64,000 nt of DNA from an uncultured Bacilli bacterium (GCA_944372195.1 CALVYK010000001.1:47644-111643); one strand, 5' to 3'. Numbered from the stretch's first letter, positions 49,820 through 62,877 are shown. Notes: generated from the sequence alone by a model not told the origin. A program made the numbers and translations.

Positions 49820-50263
49820 ATGAAAGAAAAAATAATGATCGATTTAAAAAATGCAATGAAAAATCAAAACAAAGATTTATTAAATGTTGTAAGAATGGTT
49901 AAAGGAGCTATTCAATTAGAAGAAATTAATAAAAAAAGAGAATTAACTGATGATGAAGTAGTAACTGTAATAGCTAAACAAATTAAAACAAGAAAAGAAA
50001 CTATTAGTGATTTAGAAAAAAGTGGTAGAACTGATTTAATTAAACAAGCAGAAAAAGAAATAAGCATTTTAGAAAAATACATGCCTGCTATGATGAGTGA
50101 AGAAGAAATTAATAAAGTTATTGATGAAGTATTTAATGAAGTAAATCCAACAAGTCAAGCTGACACAGGAAAAGTTATGGGTAAAATTTCTCCTTTATTA
50201 AAAGGTAAAGCTGATATGTCATTAGTTAATAAATTAGTAAAAGAAAGATTAAATAATTTATAA
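49820..50263 (+). CDS. GatB/YqeY domain protein
   Basis: YqeY-like sequence; conserved location after rpsU. Confidence 0.75.
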   Translation: MKEKIMIDLKNAMKNQNKDLLNVVRMVKGAIQLEEINKKRELTDDEVVTVIAKQIKTRKETISDLEKSGRTDLIKQAEKEISILEKYMPAMMSEEEINKVIDEVFNEVNPTSQADTGKVMGKISPLLKGKADMSLVNKLVKERLNNL

Positions 50264-50332
50264 AATTGTATGAAATATTACAATTTTTTTATTTTTTATT
50301 TAAAAAATGATATAATGTAATAGGTGATAAAA

Positions 50333-51657
50333 ATGTATGATAATAAAAAAATGTTTATTTTAGGTATGGCAAGATCTGGTTATGAAGTAGCTAAAGTACT
50401 AGCTAAACATAATTGTGATATTGTTATTACCGATATGAAAGAACAAGATGAAGAAAAAGTAAAAGAATTAAAAGAGTTGGGAGTTAATTTAATAATAACT
50501 GATAAACCAGCAGATTTATTAGATGATAGTTTTAGTTATGTTGTTAAAAATCCTGGAATTAAATTAGATCATCCTGTTTGTTTGAAAGCTAATGATTTAA
50601 ATATTCCAATTATTAATGAATTAGAAGTAGCTTATCATTATTTACCTAAAAATGTAAAAATAGTAGGTATTACAGGAAGTAATGGTAAAACAACAACAAC
50701 AACATTAACTTATAACATATTAAAAGAAGCAGGATTACCTGTTCATTTAGGTGGCAATATTGGTTATCCTATGTGTTCATTATTAGATAGTGTTAAAGAA
50801 AACGATATTTTAGTTTTAGAAGTTTCAGGTCATCAAATGCATGATTTTAAAGATTTTAAAATTGATATTGGTGTCTTAACTAATTTAACTCAGGTTCATT
50901 TAGACCATTTTGGAACTTATGAAAATTATATTAAAAATAAAGTAAAAATATTTAATCATCATACTAGTAATGATATTGCCATATTAAATGGTAATAACAT
51001 AGATGTATTAAATAATACAAAAGATATAAAATCTAAAAAAATATATTTTTCAGCTTCTAAAGAATGTGATGCTTGTATCAAAAATGATGCTATTTACTAT
51101 AAAGAAGAAATTATAAAACTAAATGAAATAAAATTAAAAGGTAATCATAACTATGAAAATATTATGTGTGCGGTTATTGTAGCTAAACAATTTAATGTTT
51201 CAAATGAAATAATTAAAAAAGTATTAAGTAGTTTTGGTGGAGTAGAACATAGATTGGAATATGTAAGAACATTAAATACAAGAGAATTTTATAATGATTC
51301 AAAAGCAACTAATGTTGTTTCAACTATTATTGCCTTAGATTCATTTAACAAACCAACTTATTTATTATTAGGTGGGTTAGATAGAGGACATTCTTTTGAT
51401 GATTTATTACCACATATGAAAAATGTAAAAGCTGTTGTTTGTTATGGACAAACTAAAGATAGAATATTAGATTTCTGTAATAAAAATAATATTACTTGTT
51501 ATAAAAAAGACAACTTAGAAGAATCAATAAAAAAAGCTTACGAATTATCAGTTGATAACAGTGTTATCTTGTTAAGTCCAGCCTGTGCCTCTTGGGATCA
51601 ATACGCTAAATTTGAAGATAGAGGAGATGAGTTTAAGAAAGTAGTGAATAGTTTAAA

Positions 51658-51661
<4 letters not shown>
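50333..51661 (+). CDS. murD: UDP-N-acetylmuramoylalanine--D-glutamate ligase
   Basis: GITGSNGKTTTTTL; start set after -10 GATATAAT (50309-16) and RBS TAGGTGA. Confidence 0.88.
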
Positions 51662-53342
<1,681 letters not shown>

Positions 53343-53395
53343 TTCCTTTTTTTTATTAAATATGGTATAATTTTAATTGTAGAAGGTGAATTAAA

Positions 53396-55594
53396 ATGAC
53401 TAAGAAAAAGGTAAGAAAAGAAGTAAAGAAAGATAATAATGCTAAAGTTGAAATATATGGAATATTACTTATTTTAGCTGCTATAATAGGCTGCTGTAGA
53501 TTTGGACTACTAGCTAATATTATAGTCGGATTTTCTGGATTCTTAGTTGGAGTTTTATGGTCTATCTTATTAATAATAGTAGGTATTATTGGGGGATATA
53601 TGATTGTAAAAAGAACCAAACCAGATTTGTTGACGAGTAAATTAATTGGACTATATATAATTGTTTTAGGTATATTATGTTTATTTCATTTAGGGTATAT
53701 AAAACAGTTAGCTATCAATGATACTATTAGTTATGGAACTGTAATTGAAGAAACATTTAATAATTTAAATTATTTTATCGATGGTACTATGGATATTCAA
53801 GGTGGGGGAATGATAGGCGCGTTACTTAGTGTATCTATGGTAAAATTAGTGTCATTACAAGGGGCTAATGTTGTTAGTGTTGCTTTAATAATTTGTGGTT
53901 TTATAATGTTTACAGGTATTACTATTTACGATATTATTAAATCTTTAGAAAATGGTGTTAAAAAGACTGTTCAAGGAACAGTTAATTTAGCTCATAAAAC
54001 TAAAGATAAAGAACATATCAAAAAAGTTGAAGATGAATACGAAAAAGATGATAAGATCGTGATTTCTAGTATGGATGAGATAATTCAAAATGATGAACCG
54101 AAAAAAGATGATATTGAGACAATTGAATTAGATGAAATAAAAGATGTTGGAAATACTAACGTTAATTACAAATATCCACCAATAAGTTTGCTTTCAAAAC
54201 CAGCAAGAAAAAATAATAAAGAAAATCAAGAAGCTATCAAAGATACAGTTGATATTCTACAAACAGTTTTTCATGATTTTGGTATTGAAGCTAAAGTTGT
54301 GGCAATAAATATCGGACCTGCGGTAACACAATATGAATTAGATATTAAAGCAGGAACAAAGTTAAGTAGAATAGTAAGTTTGGATAAAGAAATTGCTTTA
54401 GCGTTAGCTGCTAAAAGTGTTCATATTCAAGCACCTATTCCTGGTAAAAAAACAGTTGGTGTCGAAATACCAAATAAATCAGTAACGATGGTTAGTGTAA
54501 GAGAAATATTAGAAAGTGTTCCAAAGGGAATGGAAGATTCTAAATTATTAGTTACATTAGGTAAAGATATAATGGGGAAACCAATTTTTTGTGAAATAAA
54601 TAAAACGCCACACTTATTGGTAGCAGGTTCTACCGGTTCTGGTAAATCAGTTTGTATCAATAGTATGTTGATATCAATATTGATGAGAACTAAACCAGAT
54701 GAGGTTAAATTAGTATTAGTAGATCCTAAAAAAGTTGAATTATCAATGTATAATGGAGTACCACATTTACTAACGCCAGTTGTAACTGACCCTAAAAAAG
54801 CTAACATAGTACTTAAAAAAATAGTTGCTGAAATGGAACACAGATATGATTTGTTTGAACAATCAGGAACTAAAAATATAGCTGGGTATAATGCTTATTT
54901 AGACAAAAAGAATACAAATGGTGATATTAAAAAACTACCATATATTGTTGTAATAATCGATGAATTAGCTGATTTAATGTTAGTAGCAGCTAAAGAAGTT
55001 GAAGAATCTATTATGCGTATCACACAAATGGCAAGAGCGGCAGGAATTCATTTGATAGTAGCAACTCAAAGACCATCTACTGATGTAATTACCGGTGTCG
55101 TTAAAGCTAATATACCTTCTCGTATTTCATTTGCTGTATCTTCAAGTATCGATTCAAGAACAATCTTAGATATGACAGGTGCTGAAAAATTGTTAGGTAA
55201 AGGAGATATGCTATTTTTACCACAAGGAGAAAATGTTCCTATAAGAGTTCAAGGTACATTTATATCTGACGAAGAGATTAAAGCTGTTGTTGACTATACT
55301 ATTTCACAACAAAAAGCAAGATATGATGAATCATTAACAATTGATTCTGAAGAAGTTAAAGGTGCAACTACGATGACCAATGATGCAATGGAGGAACCTT
55401 TATATAATGAAATTGTTGAATTTGTTGTTACTCAAGGTAAAGCGAGTGCCTCTTTATTACAAAGAAGATTTAGATTAGGATATAATAGGGCAGCAAGAGC
55501 AATCGATTTATTAGAGGAAAGAGGCATAATCGGTCCTTCTAATGGTTCTAAGCCTAGAGAAGTATTAGTCAAATTAGAAAAGAATCAGGAATAA
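53396..55594 (+). CDS. ftsK: DNA translocase FtsK/SpoIIIE
   Basis: N-terminal TM helices; motor domain with GSTGSGKS; gamma domain. Confidence 0.9.
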   Translation: MTKKKVRKEVKKDNNAKVEIYGILLILAAIIGCCRFGLLANIIVGFSGFLVGVLWSILLIIVGIIGGYMIVKRTKPDLLTSKLIGLYIIVLGILCLFHLGYIKQLAINDTISYGTVIEETFNNLNYFIDGTMDIQGGGMIGALLSVSMVKLVSLQGANVVSVALIICGFIMFTGITIYDIIKSLENGVKKTVQGTVNLAHKTKDKEHIKKVEDEYEKDDKIVISSMDEIIQNDEPKKDDIETIELDEIKDVGNTNVNYKYPPISLLSKPARKNNKENQEAIKDTVDILQTVFHDFGIEAKVVAINIGPAVTQYELDIKAGTKLSRIVSLDKEIALALAAKSVHIQAPIPGKKTVGVEIPNKSVTMVSVREILESVPKGMEDSKLLVTLGKDIMGKPIFCEINKTPHLLVAGSTGSGKSVCINSMLISILMRTKPDEVKLVLVDPKKVELSMYNGVPHLLTPVVTDPKKANIVLKKIVAEMEHRYDLFEQSGTKNIAGYNAYLDKKNTNGDIKKLPYIVVIIDELADLMLVAAKEVEESIMRITQMARAAGIHLIVATQRPSTDVITGVVKANIPSRISFAVSSSIDSRTILDMTGAEKLLGKGDMLFLPQGENVPIRVQGTFISDEEIKAVVDYTISQQKARYDESLTIDSEEVKGATTMTNDAMEEPLYNEIVEFVVTQGKASASLLQRRFRLGYNRAARAIDLLEERGIIGPSNGSKPREVLVKLEKNQE

Positions 55595-55653
55595 AAAAGA
55601 ATTTTTAAAAACTATAAATTTATGTTATAATATCTGCAATTAGGGGGGATTTT

Positions 55654-56619
55654 ATGCAAGATTTTAAATATCTTAATTTGTTAGAAAGAAGAAAACTAGC
55701 TATAGAAGAACTAGTTAAATATTATTCTGAATTGCGAAAATATGAGTATCACAAGGGAGAAAAATTAAATTTTATTGAACTTAGAAAAAAATTGCATTTT
55801 ATAATATCTTTGATTTTAATAACAGATCAATTGATATCAAAAGAAAAAATTCATATTGTAAATGATTTGCATTATTCAAATAGTGACAAGCCTAAAATTT
55901 ATGCTTGCACTCACATTGGTGGAAACGATATACAAAGGACTTTTCAAGTAATTAAACAACCAGCTTACTTAATGTTAGGCGATCCAGGAATACTATATCG
56001 AAAAATGATTTATTTAGGTCTTAAATTAAATGGTGTAATACCATTAGAAACGGCTGATAAAGAAGATCGAAAAATAGCTTATAATAGAGCTGTCGAATTG
56101 TTAGAAAATGGCGGAAATTTATTAATATATCCTGAAGGTGCTTGGAATGTTTCACCTAATTTGTTGGTAATGAAAATTTTTAATGGTACAGTTCGCATGG
56201 CTCAACAAACTGGTGCAGAAATAATTCCTATTGCAGTTGAGCAATATGATAATGATTTTTATTTTAATATAGGTAAAAATTATACAATTTCTAAAGATAC
56301 AACTAAATCAATAAAAGAATTAAATGATGAATTAAGGGATAAATTGGTATCATTAAAATGGGATATTATTAGTACTCAACCAGAATTAAAAAGAGATGAA
56401 ATTGCAGATAATTATTTAGAAAAATTTCAAAGTGAAATTGTTGAAAGATGTAATTATGGTTATGGATTTTCTTTAGAAGATGCGTTAAGAGAAAGTTTTC
56501 ACGATAAAAATATTACATCAGAAGAAGAAGTTTTCTCTTTTATGAAAACTTTAAAAATTGATAAAAATAATGCATTTTTACTTAGAAATAAAAAGAATTT
56601 GTTAAAAAAAGATAATTAA
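55654..56619 (+). CDS. lysophospholipid acyltransferase (PlsC family)
   Basis: HIGGND (Hx4D) and YPEGAW motifs. Confidence 0.65.
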   Translation: MQDFKYLNLLERRKLAIEELVKYYSELRKYEYHKGEKLNFIELRKKLHFIISLILITDQLISKEKIHIVNDLHYSNSDKPKIYACTHIGGNDIQRTFQVIKQPAYLMLGDPGILYRKMIYLGLKLNGVIPLETADKEDRKIAYNRAVELLENGGNLLIYPEGAWNVSPNLLVMKIFNGTVRMAQQTGAEIIPIAVEQYDNDFYFNIGKNYTISKDTTKSIKELNDELRDKLVSLKWDIISTQPELKRDEIADNYLEKFQSEIVERCNYGYGFSLEDALRESFHDKNITSEEEVFSFMKTLKIDKNNAFLLRNKKNLLKKDN

Positions 56620-56630
56620 GGAGAAATAAA

Positions 56631-58547
56631 ATGGAAGCATTATTATTGCCAATTGTTGGTTTATTAATTATATTAACTCTTACATTTTTGTTTTATTCTA
56701 AAAAACATATTCATAATGAAGAAGTAAATATTTATTCGAAACTTTTGATATTAAATATTATATTTATCATTGTAGGTATAATTGCTTTCGCTATAGCAAA
56801 ATTGGCAAATGATATGTTTTTAGTAAAAATATTTCAAAAGATATATATGAGTATATTGATTTTATTGAATTATTTTTCTCTTAAATATTGTTTTATGATA
56901 TTCAGCGTTAAAAAAACAAAAATAATTAATTTAACTCTCAATATTTTAACTGCATTAGCAATTTTATTAGTTTTTGCTTTACCGCTAAATGTAATATACT
57001 ATGATAATGTATTAGATGGTGAAGGATTGTCTTACGATATTGCTATAATTTATTCGGTAATAACATTTTTAAATTTTGTTATTTTAAGTTTATATTTGTT
57101 TTTCAAAAAAAATCGTATAACAAAATTGATTCCATTTTTAATATTAATTTTGTTATATATTATTGGATTTGTTTTAAGAGGATTTTATCGAGAATTGATT
57201 TTTGAAGGATTTTTTTACTCTTATATTTTACTCATTATGTATCATACGATAGAAAATCCTGATGTTAAAATAATTAATCAATTGAATTTGGCAAAAGATC
57301 GAGCTGAAAAAGCTAATCATGCTAAAAGTGATTTCTTATCTAGTATGTCACATGAAATAAGAACTCCTTTAAATGTTATTGTTGGATTAAGTGAAGATTT
57401 ACTCAGTTATAATAATTTGCCAAGTGAATTTTCAGAGGACTTAAATGATATTCAAAATGCTTCATCAGCATTATTAGAGATAGTTGGTAATATTTTAGAT
57501 TTAAATAAAATAGAAGATGGAAAAGTTGATGTGATTGATCAAACTTATGATATTAGGCTAGAAATTAATAAAATTATAAAATTAGTATCAACCAGAATTG
57601 GTGAAAAACCAATTACATTAAATGTAAATATTGATGATAATGTTCCATTTGAGTTAATAGGTGATATTGGTCATGTGAAATCAATTTTGAATAATTTATT
57701 AACTAATGCAATTAAATATACCGAAAAGGGTAATGTAGAATTAAATGTAAGTTGTAAAAATGATAATAATGTTTGTAATTTAACTATGTCTGTTAAGGAT
57801 ACAGGTAAAGGTATTAAGGAAGAGAACCTAAGTAAATTGTTTACTAAATTTAATCGTCTTGACGAAGAAAGGAATACAACTATTGAAGGTACAGGATTAG
57901 GATTAGTAATAACTAAATCTTTAGTTGAATTAATGAATGGTAAAATAGATGTTAAAAGTCAATTTGGTCAAGGATCTATATTTACAGTTTGGTTGCCTCA
58001 AAAAATTAAATCTTTTAAGAAAAGTTCATCAGACCCTGTTAATAATTTAAATAATGATTATAATATTAATTTTGGCCATAAAAAAATTTTGGTTGTTGAT
58101 GACAATAAATTAAATATTAAAGTTGCTAGAAAGGCATTATCGACTTTTAATTTTGATATTGATGAATGTTATGATGGATTAGAATGCTTAGAAAAAGCTA
58201 ATAATAATCAATATGATTTAATTTTTATGGATATAATGATGCCTAACATGAATGGTGAGCAAACTCTTGCCGAGCTAAAGAAAAATCCAAATTTCAATAC
58301 TCCTGTTATTGCTTTGACAGCTGATGCTATTTCTGGTTCAAAAGAAAAATATATTTCACAAGGCTTTGTTGATTATATAGCTAAACCATTTAGTAGAAAT
58401 CAAATAAAAGAAAAGTTAAATGAGATTTTTAAAAATGATCAAAATTTATCAAATCAAGAATCAGCAACATACGTATTTGATTCTAAAAATAATGAAGAAT
58501 ATATAATTACAGATGGTAAAAAAGAGGATATAACAAAAAAAATATAA
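56631..58547 (+). CDS. hybrid sensor histidine kinase / response regulator with a 6-TM N-terminal sensor
   Basis: HisKA H-box SHEIRTPLN; HATPase_c; C-terminal REC (VVDDN...DLIFMDIMMP). Confidence 0.85.
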   Translation: MEALLLPIVGLLIILTLTFLFYSKKHIHNEEVNIYSKLLILNIIFIIVGIIAFAIAKLANDMFLVKIFQKIYMSILILLNYFSLKYCFMIFSVKKTKIINLTLNILTALAILLVFALPLNVIYYDNVLDGEGLSYDIAIIYSVITFLNFVILSLYLFFKKNRITKLIPFLILILLYIIGFVLRGFYRELIFEGFFYSYILLIMYHTIENPDVKIINQLNLAKDRAEKANHAKSDFLSSMSHEIRTPLNVIVGLSEDLLSYNNLPSEFSEDLNDIQNASSALLEIVGNILDLNKIEDGKVDVIDQTYDIRLEINKIIKLVSTRIGEKPITLNVNIDDNVPFELIGDIGHVKSILNNLLTNAIKYTEKGNVELNVSCKNDNNVCNLTMSVKDTGKGIKEENLSKLFTKFNRLDEERNTTIEGTGLGLVITKSLVELMNGKIDVKSQFGQGSIFTVWLPQKIKSFKKSSSDPVNNLNNDYNINFGHKKILVVDDNKLNIKVARKALSTFNFDIDECYDGLECLEKANNNQYDLIFMDIMMPNMNGEQTLAELKKNPNFNTPVIALTADAISGSKEKYISQGFVDYIAKPFSRNQIKEKLNEIFKNDQNLSNQESATYVFDSKNNEEYIITDGKKEDITKKI

Positions 58548-58560
58548 CTTTATATGTGAG

Positions 58561-59178
58561 TTATATTTTTCTATATAATCCTATTGCTTTGCCTAAAATA
58601 GTGACATTATCCATAATAAATGGTTCCATAGTATCATTTTCAGGTTGTAATCTAAAATGATCTTTTTCTTTATAAAATGTTTTTAATGTTACTTCGTTTT
58701 CATCAGTCATGGCTACAACTATTTCTCCGTTATTTGCAGTATTTTGCCTTTCAACAATAACAATATCTCCATCTAATATTCCGGCGTTAATCATACTTTC
58801 ACCACTTACTAATAATGTAAATACATCTTTGTTTTTAGGTATTAAATATGATGGTAAACTAAAGTATTCATCTGGCCTTTCGATTACCTCAATAGGATTA
58901 CCAGCTGTAATTTTACCAAGTAGTGGAACTTCAGTAATTAATTCATTTTTAATTTCATATTCGTTATCAACTAAAATTTCAATAGTCCTATTTTTGCTTT
59001 CTTCTTTTTTAATATATCCTTTTTTTTCTAAATTATTTAAATGAACTTGAACAGTAGCTGTACTTGATAAGTTCATTTCTTGACATAATTCTCTAACTGT
59101 TGGCGCATATCCATGGCTAACAACATATTTTTTTATAATATCTAGCATTTTTTCTTGCTGATTAGTTAATTTTTCCAA
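58561..59178 (-). CDS. lexA: LexA repressor
   Basis: N-terminal winged HTH; S24 peptidase Ser (GESM) / Lys dyad. Confidence 0.9.
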   Translation of the reverse strand: MEKLTNQQEKMLDIIKKYVVSHGYAPTVRELCQEMNLSSTATVQVHLNNLEKKGYIKKEESKNRTIEILVDNEYEIKNELITEVPLLGKITAGNPIEVIERPDEYFSLPSYLIPKNKDVFTLLVSGESMINAGILDGDIVIVERQNTANNGEIVVAMTDENEVTLKTFYKEKDHFRLQPENDTMEPFIMDNVTILGKAIGLYRKI

Positions 59179-59267
59179 GTTGAGTACCTCCTTTTAACTT
59201 TCTATTAACATCTTAACATATAATTTTACATTTGTCAAACAAATTTTCGTTTTTTTATAAAAATGTG

Positions 59268-59296
59268 TTGACACGAATATTTGTTCGTGATAGAAT
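59268..59296 (+). promoter_or_regulatory. sigmaA promoter with embedded LexA (Cheo/SOS) box
   Basis: TTGACA (59268-73), CGAATATTTGTTCG (59274-87) in the spacer, TAGAAT (59291-6). Confidence 0.75.
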
Positions 59297-59319
59297 TAAA
59301 TCATGAAAGGAATGGTGCT

Positions 59320-59502
59320 ATGGAATATTATACAGTTAAAGATCTGCAATTGTTAACAGGATATAGCAAGAAAAAAATTTGTTCAATTATCAAAAAATTA
59401 AACAAAGAGAAATTAGAACATTATAAAAAATATAATCCTGTTATATTTGATGACAAAATTGAAAAAATTTATTTTATTAAGAGAATGGAGTTTGAATTAT
59501 GA
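59320..59502 (+). CDS. small HTH-like protein, putatively LexA-regulated
   Basis: Divergent from lexA; RBS AAAGGA; the ORF-track start at 59281 lies inside the promoter. Confidence 0.5.
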   Translation: MEYYTVKDLQLLTGYSKKKICSIIKKLNKEKLEHYKKYNPVIFDDKIEKIYFIKRMEFEL

Positions 59503-59639
59503 AAGAAATGTTAAAAAATAAAACTATTATTGCCTTTGTTGTTATTATGTTAGGAATAACTATTATTAGTACGCCTAGTACCAAGTTAGAACAAACTAAA
59601 GATATTACAGAAGATTATGTATCTTACAATTTAAAATAG
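59499..59639 (+). CDS. 46-aa single-TM peptide MKEMLKNKTIIAFVVIMLGITIISTPSTKLEQTKDITEDYVSYNLK
   Basis: ATGA overlap with the upstream ORF; single TM helix. Confidence 0.4.
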   Translation: MKEMLKNKTIIAFVVIMLGITIISTPSTKLEQTKDITEDYVSYNLK

Positions 59640-59709
59640 TGAAAACTATTTTTTTTATTGACCATTTATTAAAAAAAATGTATAATTGTATTATAATTGG
59701 AGGGATACA

Positions 59710-61476
59710 ATGCTAGGTAATATAATTGGGGTAGTAGAAAATCAAGTTTTATTAAAATTAGCTATCGATCTAAACAAATTTGAAAATTTAATTAACATTC
59801 ATGTTATTATGGATGATGGAACTAGGAAAATAGTAGGGGAAATAATCGATATAAAGGATAATATTGCCTATATAAACTTATTAGGGGAAATAATTGATAA
59901 TAAGTTTGTATTTGGAGTTATGGTAAAACCATCTTTTAATTCAGTTGTAAAACTTATTTCTAAAGAAAAAATACCAATGATAGTTGGGGTTGAGAATTAT
60001 CAAGAAAATATTGATATTTATTTGGGGAATAGTCCAATCTATCAAGGGGTAAAAATAGGAGCTAATATTAATAAATTTTTCAGTAATCATTTTGCTATTT
60101 TAGGCTCTACTGGTTCTGGTAAATCATGTGGTGTTGCACGAATAATTCAAAATATATTTGATAAGAAAAGATTTATTCCTTATCGCGCCAGTTTATTTAT
60201 ATTTGATGCATATGGTGAATATCACAATGCATTTAAAAATATAGGTGGCGAAGAAATATCTTTTAAATCATACACAACAAATTTAAACTTTAGTGAAACT
60301 GAAGTATTAAGAATACCAACATGGTTATTAGGTGTTGACGATTTAGCACTTTTATTAAATGCTGATAATTTGTCACAATTGCCAATTATTGAAAAAGCTT
60401 TAAAATTAGTAAATATTTTTACTAGTAATGGTGAAAATGTTATCAAATTGAAAAATGATATTATTGCTAGAGCTCTTTTAGATATTTTATCAAGTGGTAA
60501 TTCACCAGCCCAAATAAGAGATCAAATATTTTCTATTTTATCATATTATAATACGCAAGAATTAAATTTGGAAACTCCTATTTTTCAGCCTGGATATACT
60601 AGGCCACTAAAACAATGCCTTTTAATTGATGCAACTGGTAAAATAAGGGAAATGGAGTTATTAACCAATTTCATTCAAAAATTTATTCAAAACGATTTAA
60701 ACATAACTATTCCTGATGAAGAATGTATGTATACACTAGAAGATGTTGAAAAAGCGCTAGATTTTGCTCTTATTAGTGAGGGAACTTTAAATAGTGAAAA
60801 GATATATGAAGATTCAAACACTTTAAAGGTAAGATTACACTCTTTGGTTAATAGTGAGGCAAGAAAGTATTTTGAATATGATAAATTTGTTACAAGAGAG
60901 CAATATATTAAAGAGTTATTAACTGCACCAAATGGTAGAAAAGCTCAAATAATTAATTTTAATATTAACTATATCGATGATAGATTAGCCAAAAGCATAA
61001 CTAAAATTTATTCAAAATTATTATTTGATTATGCTAAAGAATTAAGAAATAGGGCAACAATGCCATTTCATATTATTTTAGAAGAAGCTCATAGATATGT
61101 TCAAAATGATAATGACATAAATTTACTAGGGTACAATATATTTGATCGTATAACAAAAGAAGGTAGAAAATATGGTGTAATGTTAGGCCTTATTAGCCAA
61201 AGACCTAGTGAATTATCAGAAACTTCATTATCACAATGTAATAATTTCTTAATATTTAAAATGTTACATCCTGTTGATGTTGAGTATATTCAAAAAATGG
61301 TTCCTAATGTAACCAGTGAAATTATAAAAAGATTAAGAATTTTACAACCAGGAAATTGTATAGCTTTTGGTACTGCATTTAAAGTGCCAGTAATGATAAA
61401 AATGGATATGCCTAACCCTATGCCATCTAGCAGTAGCTGTGATATTAGCAATACTTGGTTTATTGAAAAAAAATAG
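59710..61476 (+). CDS. HerA-like (DUF87) P-loop ATPase/helicase with N-terminal HAS-barrel
   Basis: Walker A GSTGSGKS, Walker B ILEEAHRY; start at MLGNIIGVV after RBS GGAGGGA. Confidence 0.7.
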   Translation: MLGNIIGVVENQVLLKLAIDLNKFENLINIHVIMDDGTRKIVGEIIDIKDNIAYINLLGEIIDNKFVFGVMVKPSFNSVVKLISKEKIPMIVGVENYQENIDIYLGNSPIYQGVKIGANINKFFSNHFAILGSTGSGKSCGVARIIQNIFDKKRFIPYRASLFIFDAYGEYHNAFKNIGGEEISFKSYTTNLNFSETEVLRIPTWLLGVDDLALLLNADNLSQLPIIEKALKLVNIFTSNGENVIKLKNDIIARALLDILSSGNSPAQIRDQIFSILSYYNTQELNLETPIFQPGYTRPLKQCLLIDATGKIREMELLTNFIQKFIQNDLNITIPDEECMYTLEDVEKALDFALISEGTLNSEKIYEDSNTLKVRLHSLVNSEARKYFEYDKFVTREQYIKELLTAPNGRKAQIINFNINYIDDRLAKSITKIYSKLLFDYAKELRNRATMPFHIILEEAHRYVQNDNDINLLGYNIFDRITKEGRKYGVMLGLISQRPSELSETSLSQCNNFLIFKMLHPVDVEYIQKMVPNVTSEIIKRLRILQPGNCIAFGTAFKVPVMIKMDMPNPMPSSSSCDISNTWFIEKK

Positions 61477-61492
61477 CGATTTTTCGCTATTT

Positions 61493-61699
61493 TTAACTTA
61501 AATATTGTTTAATTTGACTTAGATTTTTATTAGTAATTTTCGCTATTGTTTTTAAATCTAAAGAGCAATTGATCATATTATTTATTAATTTAGTCATTGT
61601 CTCTTCTTTACCAATATTGATTCCCTCCTTATAATAATATAATAACTCATTTATCTCATTTTCTGTTAAATGAGCTTTTTTTAATATAAACTTTTCCAT
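61493..61699 (-). CDS. small putative HTH protein
   Basis: 68 aa, helix-rich, no recognisable domain. Confidence 0.35.
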   Translation of the reverse strand: MEKFILKKAHLTENEINELLYYYKEGINIGKEETMTKLINNMINCSLDLKTIAKITNKNLSQIKQYLS

Positions 61700-61851
61700 A
61701 ATATTCCTCCTTCATATCTAATTATAAATAAATTGAAAAATTAATCAAATAACCAATTTTATAAATTGATTTTAAAAAAACTCTAATTTTAATAATTGAT
61801 TAGAGTAATTTTAAATATTATAATAAATTTATTCTTATTTGTTAAACTAAT

Positions 61852-62772
61852 TTACAAATTTGTATAATCTCCTTGAAAAATGTTATTTTTATTCATATAT
61901 TTGTCTATACCATTTAAAACATCTATTTTTTTTAAAGTCCATTTTGGTTCTATTAAATCTTCTTTTTTAGGATCACCAGTTAATCGATGGATAACTATCT
62001 CTGGTCTTAAATATTTTAATTGTTCACAAACAATTTCAATATATTGATCTTTAGTTAATAAAGGAAATGGATTTTTTTGATAAACTTTTTCTAATTTTGT
62101 ATTTTTTAAAATATGCAACATATGAATTTTAATTCCTTGAATGTCCAATTTATTTAAAAATTTTACTGTTTCGATCATCATTTCTTTTGTTTCATAAGGC
62201 AATCCATTAATTATGTGAACTACGACATTGATGTTTTTTTCTCGTAATTTGTTAACCATATCGACAAAACATTCTAAACTATGACCTCGATTTATTAATA
62301 AAGCTGTTTTTTCGTGAATAGTTTGCAAACCTAGTTCAATTGTAAGAAATGTCTTTTTATTTAATTCACTTAAATATTCTAAACATTCATTTGAAATTGA
62401 ATCTGGTCTCGTAGCAATAGCTAGTCCTATTACATCATATAATTTTAAAATTGTTTCATATTTTTCTTTTAAAATGTTTAAAGGGGCATATGTGTTAGTC
62501 CTTGCTTGAAAATACCCAATGTATTTGCCTTGCCATTTACTCATTAATTTCTTTCCTTTGTTAAATTGAGTAATTAAGTCATCATTTTTATTTCCAGCAT
62601 ATTCGCCACTTCCTAAGTCGCTACAATAAATACATCCGCCACTTTTTAAATGGGGACAACTAAAACCGGCATTTAAACTTATCTTAATAATTTTTTCATT
62701 AAATTTATTTTTATAATAATAATTTAATGTATGATATCTTTTATTGTCTAAAGAATATTTAAATTTCATCAA
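61852..62772 (-). CDS. TIGR01212-family radical SAM protein
   Basis: Atypical cluster CPHLKSGGCIYC; elongator/YhcC-like fold. Confidence 0.75.
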   Translation of the reverse strand: MMKFKYSLDNKRYHTLNYYYKNKFNEKIIKISLNAGFSCPHLKSGGCIYCSDLGSGEYAGNKNDDLITQFNKGKKLMSKWQGKYIGYFQARTNTYAPLNILKEKYETILKLYDVIGLAIATRPDSISNECLEYLSELNKKTFLTIELGLQTIHEKTALLINRGHSLECFVDMVNKLREKNINVVVHIINGLPYETKEMMIETVKFLNKLDIQGIKIHMLHILKNTKLEKVYQKNPFPLLTKDQYIEIVCEQLKYLRPEIVIHRLTGDPKKEDLIEPKWTLKKIDVLNGIDKYMNKNNIFQGDYTNL

Positions 62773-62877
62773 ATCACCACATCTATTATATCATTTTGTA
62801 AAAATATTGTGAAATTTTGGTAAAATTATTTAATATTTATATATTTTTTGATATAATTAACGTGGAGGTTAAGGAAA

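Noticed and set aside
59281-59319. ORF-track N-terminal extension MFVIELNHERNGA of the small HTH protein
   Set aside because: The region overlaps the -10 element and LexA box of the promoter, so translation cannot begin there. The ATG at 59320 has a proper RBS.
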